Positions 37,548-50,662 are shown, numbered from the stretch's first letter. The stretch is 64,000 bases of DNA from Macrostomum hystrix (GCA_950097015.1 CATNEN010000038.1:26722001-26786000); one strand, 5' to 3'. Notes: generated by a model from the letters alone, not told the origin. Numbers and translations are program-made.

Positions 37548-40500
37548 TTAGACTAGCAATCCATTCTAGTCCTTCATCCACTGAGGCTAGACTAGCAATC
37601 CATTCTAGTCCTTCATCCACTGAGGCTAGACTAGCAATCCATTCTAGTCCTTCATCCACTGAGGCTAGACTAGCAATCCATTCTAATCCTTCATCCACTG
37701 AGGCTAGACTAGCAATCCATTCTAGTCCTTCATCCACTGAGGTTAGACTAGCAATCCATTCTAGTCCTTCATCCACTGAGGCTAGACTAGCAATCCATTC
37801 TAATCCTTCATCCACTGAGGCTAGACTAGCAATCCATTCTAGTCCTTCATCCACTGAGGCTAGACTAGCAATCCATTCTAGTCCTTCATCCACTGAGGTT
37901 AGACTAGCAATCCATTCTAGTCCTTCATCCACTGAGGCTAGACTAGCAATCCATTCTAATCCTTCATCCACTGAGGCTAGACTAGCAATCCATTCTAGTC
38001 CTTCATCCACTGAGGCTAGACTAGCAATCCATTCTAATCCTTCATCCACTGAGGCTAGACTAGCAATCCATTCTAATCCTTCATCCACTGAGGCTAGACT
38101 AGCAATCCATTCTAATCCTTCATCCACTGAGGCTAGACTAGCAATCCATTCTAATCCTTCATCCACTGAGGCTAGACTAGCAATCCATTCTAATCCTTCA
38201 TCCACTAAGGTTAGACTAGCAATCCATTCTAATCCTTCATCCACTAAGGTTAGACTAGCAATCCATTCTAATCCTTTCTAATCCTTCATCCACTGACGCT
38301 AGACTAGCAATCCATTCTGATCCTTCACCCACTGACGCTAGACTAGCAATCCATTCTAATCCTTCATCCACTGAGGCTAGACTAGCAATCCATTCTAATC
38401 CTTCATCCACTGAGGCTAGACTAGCAATCCATTCTGATCCTTCATCCACTGAGGCTAGACTAGCAATCCATTCTAATCCTTCACCCACTGAGGCTAGACT
38501 AGCAATCCATTCTAATCCTTCATCCACTGACGCTAGACTAGCAATCCATTCTAATCCTTCATCCACTGACGCTAGACTAGCAATCCATTCTAATCCTTCA
38601 TCCACTAAGGTTAGACTAGCAATCCATTCTAATCCTTCATCCACTGAGGCTAGACTAGCAATCCATTCTAATCCTTCATCCACTGAGGCTAGACTAGCAA
38701 TCCATTCTAATCCTTCATCCACTAAGGTTAGACTAGCAATCCATTCTAATCCTTTCTAATCCTTCATCCACTGACGCTAGACTAGCAATCCATTCTGATC
38801 CTTCACCCACTGACGCTAGACTAGCAATCCATTCTAATCCTTCATCCACTGAGGCTAGACTAGCAATCCATTCTAATCCTTCATCCACTGAGGCTAGACT
38901 AGCAATCCATTCTGATCCTTCATCCACTGAGGCTAGACTAGCAATCCATTCTAATCCTTCACCCACTGAGGCTAGACTAGCAATCCATTCTAATCCTTCA
39001 TCCACTGACGCTAGACTAGCAATCCATTCTAATCCTTCATCCACTGACGCTAGACTAGCAATCCATTCTAATCCTTCATCCACTGAGGCTAGACTAGCAA
39101 TCCATTCTAATCCTTCACCCACTGAGGCTAGACTAGCAATCCATTCTAATCCTTCATCCACTGACGCTAGACTAGCAATCCATTCTAATCCTTCATCCAC
39201 TGAGGCTAGACTAGCAATCCATTCTAGTCCTTCATCCACTGAGGTTAGACTAGCAATCCATTCTAGTCCTTCATCCACTGAGGCTAGACTAGCAATCCAT
39301 TCTAATCCTTCATCCACTGAGGCTAGACTAGCAATCCATTCTAGTCCTTCATCCACTGAGGCTAGACTAGCAATCCATTCTAATCCTTCATCCACTGAGG
39401 CTAGACTAGCAATCCATTCTAATCCTTCATCCACTGAGGCTAGACTAGCAATCCATTCTAATCCTTCATCCACTGAGGCTAGACTAGCAATCCATTCTAA
39501 TCCTTCATCCACTGAGGCTAGACTAGCAATCCATTCTAATCCTTCATCCACTAAGGTTAGACTAGCAATCCATTCTAATCCTTCATCCACTAAGGTTAGA
39601 CTAGCAATCCATTCTAATCCTTTCTAATCCTTCATCCACTGACGCTAGACTAGCAATCCATTCTGATCCTTCACCCACTGACGCTAGACTAGCAATCCAT
39701 TCTAATCCTTCATCCACTGAGGCTAGACTAGCAATCCATTCTAATCCTTCATCCACTGAGGCTAGACTAGCAATCCATTCTGATCCTTCATCCACTGAGG
39801 CTAGACTAGCAATCCATTCTAATCCTTCACCCACTGAGGCTAGACTAGCAATCCATTCTAATCCTTCATCCACTGACGCTAGACTAGCAATCCATTCTAA
39901 TCCTTCATCCACTGACGCTAGACTAGCAATCCATTCTAATCCTTCATCCACTAAGGTTAGACTAGCAATCCATTCTAATCCTTCATCCACTGAGGCTAGA
40001 CTAGCAATCCATTCTAATCCTTCATCCACTGAGGCTAGACTAGCAATCCATTCTAATCCTTCATCCACTAAGGTTAGACTAGCAATCCATTCTAATCCTT
40101 TCTAATCCTTCATCCACTGACGCTAGACTAGCAATCCATTCTGATCCTTCACCCACTGACGCTAGACTAGCAATCCATTCTAATCCTTCATCCACTGAGG
40201 CTAGACTAGCAATCCATTCTAATCCTTCATCCACTGAGGCTAGACTAGCAATCCATTCTAATCCTTCATCCACTGAGGCTAGACTAGCAATCCATTCTAA
40301 TCCTTCACCCACTGAGGCTAGACTAGCAATCCATTCTAATCCTTCATCCACTGACGCTAGACTAGCAATCCATTCTAATCCTTCATCCACTGACGCTAGA
40401 CTAGCAATCCATTCTAATCCTTCATCCACTGAGGCTAGACTAGCAATCCATTCTAATCCTTCATCCACTGAGGCTAGACTAGCAATCCATTCTAATCCGT

Positions 40501-43445
40501 CATCCACTGAGGCTAGACTAGCAATCCATTCTGATCCTTCATCCACTGAGGCTAGACTAGCAATCCATTCTAATCCTTCATTCACTGAGGCTAGACTAGC
40601 AATCCATTCTGAACCTTCATCCACTGAGGCTAGACTAGCAATCCATTCTAATCCTTCATCCACTGAGGCTAGACTAGCAATCCATTCTAATCCTTCATCC
40701 ACTGAGGCTAGACTAGCAATCCATTCTAATCCTTCATCCACTGAGGCTAGACTAGCAATCCATTCTAATCCTTCATCCACTGAGGCTAGACTAGCAATCC
40801 ATTCTAATCCTTCATCCACTGAGGCTAGACTAGCAATCCATTCTAATCCTTCATCCACTAAGGTTAGACTAGCAATCCATTCTAATCCTTCATCCACTAA
40901 GGTTAGACTAGCAATCCATTCTAATCCTTTCTAATCCTTCATCCACTGACGCTAGACTAGCAATCCATTCTGATCCTTCACCCACTGACGCTAGACTAGC
41001 AATCCATTCTAATCCTTCATCCACTGAGGCTAGACTAGCAATCCATTCTAATCCTTCATCCACTGAGGCTAGACTAGCAATCCATTCTGATCCTTCATCC
41101 ACTGAGGCTAGACTAGCAATCCATTCTAATCCTTCACCCACTGAGGCTAGACTAGCAATCCATTCTAATCCTTCATCCACTGACGCTAGACTAGCAATCC
41201 ATTCTAATCCTTCATCCACTGACGCTAGACTAGCAATCCATTCTAATCCTTCATCCACTAAGGTTAGACTAGCAATCCATTCTAATCCTTCATCCACTGA
41301 GGCTAGACTAGCAATCCATTCTAATCCTTCATCCACTGAGGCTAGACTAGCAATCCATTCTAATCCTTCATCCACTAAGGTTAGACTAGCAATCCATTCT
41401 AATCCTTTCTAATCCTTCATCCACTGACGCTAGACTAGCAATCCATTCTGATCCTTCACCCACTGACGCTAGACTAGCAATCCATTCTAATCCTTCATCC
41501 ACTGAGGCTAGACTAGCAATCCATTCTAATCCTTCATCCACTGAGGCTAGACTAGCAATCCATTCTGATCCTTCATCCACTGAGGCTAGACTAGCAATCC
41601 ATTCTAATCCTTCACCCACTGAGGCTAGACTAGCAATCCATTCTAATCCTTCACCCACTGAGGCTAGACTAGCAATCCATTCTAATCCTTCATCCACTGA
41701 CGCTAGACTAGCAATCCATTCTAATCCTTCATCCACTGACGCTAGACTAGCAATCCATTCTAATCCTTCATCCACTGAGGCTAGACTAGCAATCCATTCT
41801 AATCCTTCATCCACTGAGGCTAGACTAGCAATCCATTCTAATCCTACATCCACTGAGGCTAGACTAGCAATCCATTCTGATCCTACATCCACTGAGGCTA
41901 GACTAGCAATCCATTCTAATCCTTCATCCACTGAGGCTAGACTAGCAATCCATTCTAATCCTTCATTCACTGAGGCTAGACTAGCAATCCATTCTAATCC
42001 TTCATTCACTGAGGCTAGACTAGCAATCCATTCTAATCCGTCATCCACTGAGGCTAGACTAGCAATCCATTCTAATCCGTCATTCACTGAGGCTAGACTA
42101 GCAATCCATTCTAATCCTACATCCACTGAGGCTAGACTAGCAATCCATTCTAATCCTTCATCCACTGAGGCTAGACTAGCAATCCATTCTAATCCTTCAT
42201 ACACTGAGGCTAGACTAGCAATCCATTCTAATCCTTCATCCACTGAGGCTAGACTAGCAATCCATTCTAATCCTTCATTCACTGAGGCTAGACTAGCAAT
42301 CCATTCTAATCCTTCATTCACTGAGGCTAGACTAGCAATCCATTCTAATCCTTCATCCACTGAGGCTAGACTAGCAATCCATTCTAATCCTTCATCCACT
42401 GAGGCTAGACTAGCAATCCATTCTAATCCTTCATCCACTGAGGCTAGACTAGCAATCCATTCTAATCCTTCATCCACTGAGGCTAGACTAGCAATCCATT
42501 CTGATTCTTCATCCACTGAGGCTAGACTAGCAATCCATTCTGATTCTTCATCCACTGAGGCTAGACTAGCAATCCATTCTGATTCTTCATCCACTGAGGC
42601 TAGACTAGCAATCCATTCTGATTCTTCATCCACTGAGGCTAGACTAGCAATCCATTCTGATTCTTCATCCACTGAGGCTAGACTAGCAATCTATTCTAAT
42701 CCTTCATCCACTGAGGCTAGACTAGCAATCCATTCTAATCCTTCATCCACTGAGGCTAGACTAGCAATCCATTCTAATCCTTCATCCACTGAGGCTAGAC
42801 TAGCAATCCATTCTAATCCTTCATCCACTGAGGCTAGACTAGCAATCCATTCTAATCCTTCATCCACTGAGGCTAGACTAGCAATCCATTCTAATCCGTC
42901 ATCCACTGACGCTAGACTAGCAATCCATTCTAATCCGTCATCCACTGAGACTAGACTAGCAATCCATTCTAATCCTTCATCCACTGAGGCTAGACTAGCA
43001 ATCCATTCTAATCCTTCATCCACTGAGGCTAGACTAGCAATCCATTCTAATCCTTCATCCACTGAGACTAGACTAGCAATCCATTCTAATCCTTCATCCA
43101 CTGAGGCTAGACTAGCAATCCATTCTAATCCTTCATCCACTGAGGCTAGACTAGCAATCCATTCTAATCCTTCATCCACTGAGGCTAGACTAGCAATCCA
43201 TTCTAATCCTTCATCCACTGAGGCTAGACTAGCAATCCATTCTAATCCTTCATCCACTGAGGCTAGACTAGCAATCCATTCTAATCCTTCATCCACTGAG
43301 GCTAGACTAGCAATCCATTCTAATCCTTCATCCACTGAGGCTAGACTAGCAATCCATTCTAATCCTTCATCCACTGAGGCTAGACTAGCAATCCATTCTG
43401 ATTCTTCATCCACTGAGGCTAGACTAGCAATCCATTCTAATCCTT
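37548..43445. repeat. 39-bp minisatellite (ACTAGCAATCCATTCTAATCCTTCATCCACTGAGGCTAG), about 5.9 kb, with higher-order structure
   Basis: Fills most of Cdx intron 2. A 10-bp duplication marker recurs near 38255, 38733, 39601, 40079, 40908 and 41386. Confidence 0.98.
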
Positions 43446-43510
43446 GATAAACTAACAATCTAACCCTCAGCCAATCAGCAGTTTAACATAGCAACCAAAC
43501 AATCTCTCAC

Positions 43511-43659
43511 CTGCCGCTCGGACAGATGCAGCACGCCAGCTAGCTCAGACTTTCTGGCCGAAGTGATGTACTTCTGATAGTGGTACTCTTTCTCTAATTC
43601 GAAGCGCTGCTGGGAGTTGTACACCTGCCTGTACTTGTCCTGCGTTCGGGTCTTCATCT
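43511..43659 (-). CDS. cdx: Cdx/caudal exon 2 (homeodomain N-arm to residue 44)
   Basis: cctgcag|AG ATG acceptor. [49 protein letters not shown]|gtgag contains the Cdx-diagnostic KTRT.DKYR.VY and YIT..RKSELA. Confidence 0.95.
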
Positions 43660-43778
43660 CTGCAGGTTGGGTAGAGATGGCCAATTTTGCTGATGTCACT
43701 TTCAGTAGAAAACTAACTCTAGAATTTGATATTACTCTAATTACGCTCATATTTATGAATAGAGAGGAATAGAGTCCA

Positions 43779-43953
43779 GATAAGGAGACAATGATGGAGA
43801 TTGATAGAGTCGGATAAGGAGATAATGATAGAGATGGATTGAGTCGGATAAGGAGACAATGATAGAGATAGATAGAGTCGGATAAGGAGACAATGATGGA
43901 GATTGATAGAGTCGGATAAGGAGACAATGATAGAGATGGATAGAGTCGGATAA
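43779..43953. repeat. 34-bp minisatellite (GATAAGGAGACAATGATGGAGATTGATAGAGTCG)
   Basis: About 5 copies in Cdx intron 1. Confidence 0.9.
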
Positions 43954-45259
43954 CGACTGTTACTGAAGATAAGGGTAGAGATAACTATAATGAATACGCA
44001 TATTTTGACGAGCTGATAAAACGAATAGCTTCATCATCATAAATGACTGCGATATAAAAAGTAGATTCATTTTCAGAATAGATCCGAAGAAAAATAAATA
44101 GAATCAGAGAGTTAAACATGTAAACACATAAACATGACTTTTTACATGTAAAGTCCCAACAGCTGTCCTGTGTGAAATGGCAGTCCTGTACGACATTTCC
44201 GATGTTATAAAAATACTATAAAATCTGATATTAACTGCAAAGAGTGACAATGGTTTACGATCATTATTTAGTCTGTTGCTTCTATCTGTTGCTTCAATGC
44301 ACCTTCCTATCAGAGAGCACGGAATTTCTCTCAACTGTAAAGATTTAATTTGTTTGCTGTTTTTTCAACCGGTTGAACACCTGGTTGTCTGTAAGTCAAA
44401 TTCTAAAATGCATTCTAAACAATAGGATCATTGCCAGGAAAACAGATAAATCAAATTAGCCATTTGTTTATTTGTTCATTAGATTTTTGTTAATCACTTG
44501 GGATTATTTAGCTAAAGTAGATTTTGTATTCTGCTGGGATTTCGGTATGTGATTCTGGCATCGAATTTAATAGCTAATTATTATGGGGTTAAAATGCGAC
44601 TTTTGGGATCTGATTGGGGATCGATTTGGGGATCGATTTGAATTTGGGATTCGGATGCAAACCGGTGCGTTAATGCCACTCGATACAAAATGATTGCAGC
44701 TACTAGCACAATGCAGTACTGGTGCAGTGCAAGTCTTTGTTGAAGCGTTGCTAAGGCTTTCTAGACAGCACTAGTAACCGGTACAGGGGTCATAAAATAT
44801 TAATAGCCTGACATTTTGATCGCTCCTTGAATTGGGGAATATACTTCCTGATTTTTTCCGTAAAAATATGAGAAAGCGGCTCCTGACTGTGATTTATTAT
44901 TTAATCCAGAATTTGTGCATGCGCCTATTCTATTATAGGAGGCCTGAATGACGCAATGGGCCGAAAAATTCTGTTGCCTACGCGCCTGACCTCAAATAGA
45001 GGGAGGGTTCTTGACCTCTTATATGACACAGTCTTTCTTCTTTTGTTTCTGCTAGATTTCAAAACCTATCCATTGTCTGAACATGCATCTATAAGCAGGT
45101 TCATACTTCATATGCACACTTCATAGTTGCTATTTGATTTCTCTGTCTGTCTGCATTAAATCCATGCAACCTTCTGCTTCTCACACTGAACAAGAAATTC
45201 CACCTGTCAATTCTGCATGCCGCCGTCTGTGACTGTCTTCTGGCCACTGAAACTCTGCC

Positions 45260-45450
45260 TGTCTCCCTGTCTACCTTTCTGTGACTCCCTGTCTACCTTT
45301 TTGTGACTCCCAGTCTACCTTTCTGTGTCACCGTGTCTACCTTTCTGTGTCTCCGTGTCTACCTTTCTGTGTCTCCGTGTCTACCTTTCTGTGTCTCCGT
45401 GTCTACCTTTCTGTGTCTCCGTGTCTACCTTTCTGTGTCTCCGTGTCTAC
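45260..45450. repeat. 22-bp minisatellite (CTCCGTGTCTACCTTTCTGTGT)
   Basis: About 8 copies in Cdx intron 1. Confidence 0.9.
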
Positions 45451-45587
45451 CCTAGTCTATGTCTTACTCAGGCGAGTAAATTTAATTCCTTGTTGTTATG
45501 CAGTAATTTATGTATTCTTAATAAAAAGTGATTTCTTGAAATGGTTTGAAAATCAATGGGTTTCTTTCTTATTTCCTAGCCACTCAC

Positions 45588-46425
45588 CGCAGCTGACTCG
45601 TCTCTTCTGCCTCCAGGACTTGATCATCTCCTGCTGGAGTCGAGTTGCCTCGCGCACATCCATAACGTCGTCGATGGGATCGTCCAGATGGGGCGGCGAC
45701 AGGGCCTCGTCAGATGAGGCCTGATCCCCAGTCACCGGGTTCGGCAACGAAGCGGCCGCTGCTGCTACCGCCGCTGCCGCGGCCGCCGCGGCGGCCGCCG
45801 CCGCTGCACTGGAGGAGTTTCCGCTGGCAGCCGACGTCGGCACTGTGACGGAGAGGGCTCCAGACGAAGCCGAAGTCAACGGCAGCGGCGCAGCCATCGC
45901 GGCGGACCAGGAGGTGCCAGAGATGTTCGAGGATGAAGTCGGCGCTGACAGGCAGGTCAATGAGGACTGCTGCTGTTGGACAAGTGCCGCCGCGGCTGCC
46001 GCTGCGGCTGCGGCTGCTGCCGCCGTTGTGGGTGTGGCTTGATGCTGCTGCATCATGGATCCGATGACATTCGGTCGACTAGTAAAATTGTACACAGGAT
46101 GCTGATGCTGCTGCTGATGTTGCTGCTGGTGTGATAACAAGGGTTGTAGGTGGTGATGCTGCTGCTGATGATGATGATGCAGGAGCTGTTGCTGATGAAT
46201 CGAAGGTCCGTGCTGCTGCTGTTGCTGCTGAATGCACTGGCTGCAGAGACAGGGTCCCGAGGGCACAGCAAGGGACGGGTGATGCTGCTGCTGTTGCTGG
46301 GTGCTGGGTGGCTGCTGTTGCTGCTGCTGCTGCTGCTGAAACTGGTACTGCGGCTGCAAGAAGCTTGCAGGAGCTGGCAGGGAGCTCCATGCTGCGCTAG
46401 ACATTGCGGCCATATCTGAGACCAC
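45588..46425 (-). CDS. cdx: Cdx/caudal exon 1 (polyQ/H/A N-terminus, degenerate hexapeptide)
   Basis: Long Q/H/A/S-rich ORF ending ...MIKSWRQKRRVSC G|gtgagt. Phase 1 joins exon 2 as GAG. The true start may be the in-frame ATG (MAAM) a few codons downstream. Confidence 0.8.
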
Positions 46426-46944
46426 TCAGTTAACAACTATGCTCCTGGAGGCCAAAGTTGCAGGTAGCAAAGATCAAGTGGAAAAGGTCCGTTGAAAATC
46501 TTCAAAAGAAGGCCGACAAGACAAGCTACAAAATCAAGTAGCAGGATCTCGAGTGGCTGAGGACTCTCGCTGGACTGCAGATAAAGAGAGCTAGCCGCTG
46601 TCTTGTTTTATTTTCAAATTTTTATTCTATTTCCAATGGAATGCAGTAAGTGGCTGACAAGTGTGTGTCTTTTTCTGTCTGTATTGTTGAAAAAGCAGTC
46701 CCTGTGTCTCTAACTCCTGCTGTTCAGATTGGACACAAAGAAATGCAACTATAAAAGCTTGTGGAGTAGGGGAGGTTGGGGCGGTTCTGTTCTGCAAAAA
46801 CTGACTTTTGTTGAGTGTGTGAGAAGGCCACTGCTCTCTCCCCTGTTTGTGCTGTTTTAACACCCCCGCTGTGAGGGGGGTGTGGGGTTTCATTGCGAGA
46901 GGCGGAGGAGAGAGAGATGAAGGACGGGGTGGAGCGGTAGCGAG

Positions 46945-46977
46945 TGGCGGCGGCGGCGGGGACCAGAAGATCAAAGG
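46945..46977 (-). promoter_or_regulatory. Candidate Wnt-response element in the Cdx upstream region (TCF site plus helpers)
   Basis: The minus strand reads CCTTTGATCTTCTGGTCCCCGCCGCCGCCGCCA. Confidence 0.55.
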
Positions 46978-47130
46978 ACGCCGCTCGGAAGGCCATTGGC
47001 TCCGCGCGTTCTGCAATTGAAACAACCCTTAGAGGGAAGAGAGAGGTGAGGGCCGGCTAGGTATCAGTGGCAGCGGACCGCCCTACCCTACCTTTTCCTC
47101 TCCCACCCTCCCCACCTCACCCTCCGGAGT

Positions 47131-47149
47131 CCGTTTGATCTCTGCCGCC
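47131..47149 (+). promoter_or_regulatory. Variant TCF site plus helper
   Basis: CCGTTTGATCTCTGCCGCC. Confidence 0.4.
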
Positions 47150-47892
47150 TCATTAACAGACGAAAGGGCCTGCAATTTTTGGACCATGGCGCGGGCCCTA
47201 TAAACTGGCTCTATCCAGCCAAAAGGCCAGCACCAACTTAGTTCCCCGCCTTCTGCTCTTCGGCCAATGTTAGATAGGTGGCGGCAGAGGATACGGGGTT
47301 AATATCACCTTCAAGGTGGATGCTTCAGCGTGAGGGTGGAGATTCTAAAGAATGCGGAGGTGCTTCTGGTGCAGTGCAGTTGGCTGCATGGCTTCCTTTA
47401 TAAAATTATCTTACCGCAAACACACGCACACACACCTGCGACCAAGGTGCCATAGGTAAAACTACTAGACTAGGCAGGCTTACAAAAAATGTTTTTTCCG
47501 TTCCACGAAAGTAAGGCCGTAAAAGCGTCATGGTTTCGTTGTATCCTAAAATTTTCGATTCCAGATCGGCAGTTTCCGCTTTAAAACTGTCGTAACATTT
47601 TGATCCTAATTTTATAACTAGCTAATTTACAAGTTGTCTTTACATTAGGTTTTTTAGAAAGGATTATAAAATCAAAATTTAAATAAAATCCTACTGTCTT
47701 AAATAAAACCCTACTGTCTTTTATCATTCCCCATATAGTTCTATCAATTGAAAAGTAGCAGCAGTATCAGCGGCAGCAGCAGCAGCAGCATCAGCACAAG
47801 CAGCAACAGCAGCATCAGCACAAGCAGAAGCAGCAGCAGCAGCATCAGCAGCAGCAGCAGCAGCAGCAGCACAAGCAGCAACAGCAGCAGCA

Positions 47893-49505
47893 AATGGGCT
47901 GACAACCTGCGCATTGAGCTGAACCCCCTGAAAACGGAAGTTTGCGTGTTCTCCCGTGACAAAGCGGATAGAGACTGTCAATTGGACTTACATATCTGTG
48001 ACCAAGCCATCAAACGCAGCGCGGAGATCCGCTACCTGGGTGTCTGGATTGACCAGGGGCTTCTGTTCGCTCGGCAAACCCAGGAGGCCTGCGACAAGAT
48101 TGGCAAACGAACTGCCATCCTTCACGCCCTCGCCCATCGTGAATGGGGCTGGGACAGGAAGCTCCTCACGTCCATCTATAAGGCCATTGTGGAATCAGTG
48201 GTCTGGCATGCGGCGGCGGCCTGGATGCCCTGGCTACCCACCTGTCGTCTCGAGGACCTCGACTGTGCCCAGAGAGCGGCGCTGAGAGTAGTCACCGGCC
48301 TCCCGAAGAGAGCTCCAAACGAAGCGGTCATACTCGAAGCTAATGTGACCCCCATCAGTATTGAAGCCAAAAGAAGAGCCCTGATCGCGGTGGAGAAAGC
48401 CATGCGCAGACCGACCTCGGACCCCTGGCGGCAGCTCTGCGAGCGCACGACCAACGTCCGCCTTACCGCCAACAAAGGCCTCAGAGAGCAAGCTCGAGCC
48501 GTTGCGGAGCAGCTCCTGCCGACGGCCCGTGAATCGCTGGAATGGGCTCGTGCCCCACCGTGGCTGAATCTGACGCAAGCGAACCTAGCGCTTTTCGCCA
48601 CCCTGTGTGAACCAGTTAGCCGGGAGGACGCTGTGGAGATCAAGAAAAAGGCGGCGCTCGACACGATCCGGACACGCTGCGGGACAGGAGCCCATTACTA
48701 TACGGATGGCTCAGCGGCGGAGGGCACGACTAATGGCGGCGCGGCCTGGGTTTGTTTCACCTCGCCCGACTCAGAGGCGGTTGCTCGCTCTGGCCGCCAG
48801 CCAGTGGGCCGATGGTGCAGCTCCTTCGAAGCCGAACTGGTTGCCCTGGCGGCGGCGCTGGAGGACATCCGCGCGACTCAGCCCGACCAAGCCTCGATCT
48901 TCACTGACAGTCAGGCAGCCATTCGTGCCCTCTCCGCTGACCGCACCACCATGGACCCAAAGCTGGAGAACGTGAAGCGACTTGTCCGGGAAGTCCTTCG
49001 GCGCTCGCAGCTAACTATCCAATGGATCCCAGGCCACTCGGAAATTCATGGAAATGAAGTCGCTGATTTTGAAGCCAAGCAGGCCTCCCTCATGGACCAG
49101 AGCGCGGTGCCTATCTCGCAAGGGGCCGCGAAAAATCGCATTAGACGCGCGCTCAGGTACGAACCTGTCCTGACGGATCACCTGCTGGAAGTCTACAGAC
49201 ACCCGCTGATCCAGCACCAAGGTTGCAGGAGAGAACAGGTCTTGATCGCCCAGATCAGGTCCGGACACTGCCCGAGCTCGAGCTACTACCAGCACCGCAT
49301 TGGCGCAGTCGCGACCAGGATCTGCAGGCTCTGTGACGACCAGGTCGACCAGTTCCACGTGCTGAACTGCCCCGCTCTCGACATCACCCGGATTAACATT
49401 GGTTGCACCCTTATGGGGGACCTGGCCGATGGACGTTTGGTGGCGCGACTTCTGGAGGCCCTGAATTGGCGCCCCCTGTAAGTCGCACACCGCATTCAAC
49501 AACAA
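47893..49505 (+). mobile_element. 5'-truncated non-LTR retrotransposon A (I/Ingi-like group): RT C-terminus, RNase H, CCHC-like finger, (CAA)n tail
   Basis: KWADNLRIELNPLKTE and IRYLGVWID (RT end/thumb). RNase H motifs YTDGS, SFEAEL, FTDSQ, WIPGH...GNEVAD. QIRSGH...CRLC...HVLNC. The ORF is open to TAA at 49481. Tail ATT(CAA)n. Candidate TSD CAACAGCAGCAGCA at 47879-47892 and 49506-49519. Confidence 0.92.
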
Positions 49506-49537
<32 letters not shown>

Positions 49538-49558
49538 TCAGCACAAGCAGCAGCAGCA

Positions 49559-50662
49559 TGAACCGACCATCAATCCTCTGCTTCTAAATGACTATCGTCG
49601 TCCGTTCCGAGGTTGCTGGCGTCGCGTGGCTCTTGAGCTCACTGAGGCCGCCCATCTTGAGGCCCTTCCACGCGAGCCATACCCGCCGCCGACCCCCGAG
49701 ATCAACTGCCTGATGGACAATCCACGGATCCACTTCAACCTGGCGCTCACCGCTTTGTGCGCCCGCTATCTCCCGACGAGCATCCGACGCGACCGGGCGC
49801 TGAACTTCCTTGCCGATCTCCAACCGACGGACATCGACGTCTGGACCGACGGCTCCGTCAGGGACGGCACCTCGGATGCCTGGGGCGCCGCCGTTATCAA
49901 CACCCGCAGGTGGGGCACCATTATTGCCGCCCCTGCCGGCCGGGTTGCTTGCTCCTTCCAGGCGGAGATATGCGCGATACGGGCGGCCCTCGATTACATC
50001 AGGCAGCTGACGCCGGACCACGGGACGTCGATCCGCATCCATAGCGACTCGCTGGCGGCGCTGGCAGCCCTTGAGCACGGCCCCTGCGAGCAGCGCTCGG
50101 CTGATGGCAGCCTTTGCTGGGCAACGCTGAGCGCCTTTCAACACAGCTGCGAGTTTGTTTGGGTCCCGGCGCACTGCGACATCCCAGGAAATGAGTTGGC
50201 CGACCGCTACGCTAATCGCGCCCGTCTGGAACGACAGCAGGACTGGCCCATCTCTTTCCAAGCTGCTAAGGCGGCCCTTCGCCGGGCGAGAGCCGCCCTT
50301 GACCTCGAGGTGCTGGGGCCGTGCTGGCGCTCCACCCCCAAACACCTCAGCCGCACCGAGACGGTCGCCATCAACCAGCTCAGGGCGGGATGCTCTATGC
50401 TGGCCAATTCCACCCGCCATCGTCTCGGCCTCACTGACGACCCGCTCTGCCGCGACTGTGGCAATCTCGATACCGAAGAGCACATTCTCTTCGAGTGCCC
50501 GCGCGGCGACGGTACCCGTGTTCGCTACGACAACTGGGACGAGGCCCTGCATTTACACCCTGAACAAGTCCTCGCCCTCCTGCGCAGACTGGGGCGCCTC
50601 TGAGCGCTCCTCCTCCTCGCTGCCTGTAGCAGCTTTGGGGACGGTGGATTCAGAAGAAGAAG
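49559..50662 (+). mobile_element. 5'-truncated non-LTR retrotransposon B (different family): RNase H, CCHC finger, (AAG)n tail
   Basis: RNase H motifs WTDGS, SFQAEI, HSDSL, WVPAH...GNELAD. QLRAGC...CRDC...EHILFEC. The ORF is open to TGA at 50603. Tail ATTCAG(AAG)n. Candidate TSD AAGCAGCAGCAGCA at 49545-49558 and 50663-50676. Confidence 0.9.

Noticed and set aside
37510-43458. VDEGLEWIASLAS repeat ORFs
   Set aside because: They come from the 39-bp satellite in Cdx intron 2 and are broken by recurrent 10-bp frameshifts.
47681-47720. 20-bp tandem duplication as a TSD of the retroelement cluster
   Set aside because: Both copies are adjacent on the same side, so it is a simple local duplication.
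47748-47892. Poly-Ser N-terminus of the 577-aa ORF
   Set aside because: It is flanking microsatellite read in frame from a TTG. The retroelement starts at about 47893.
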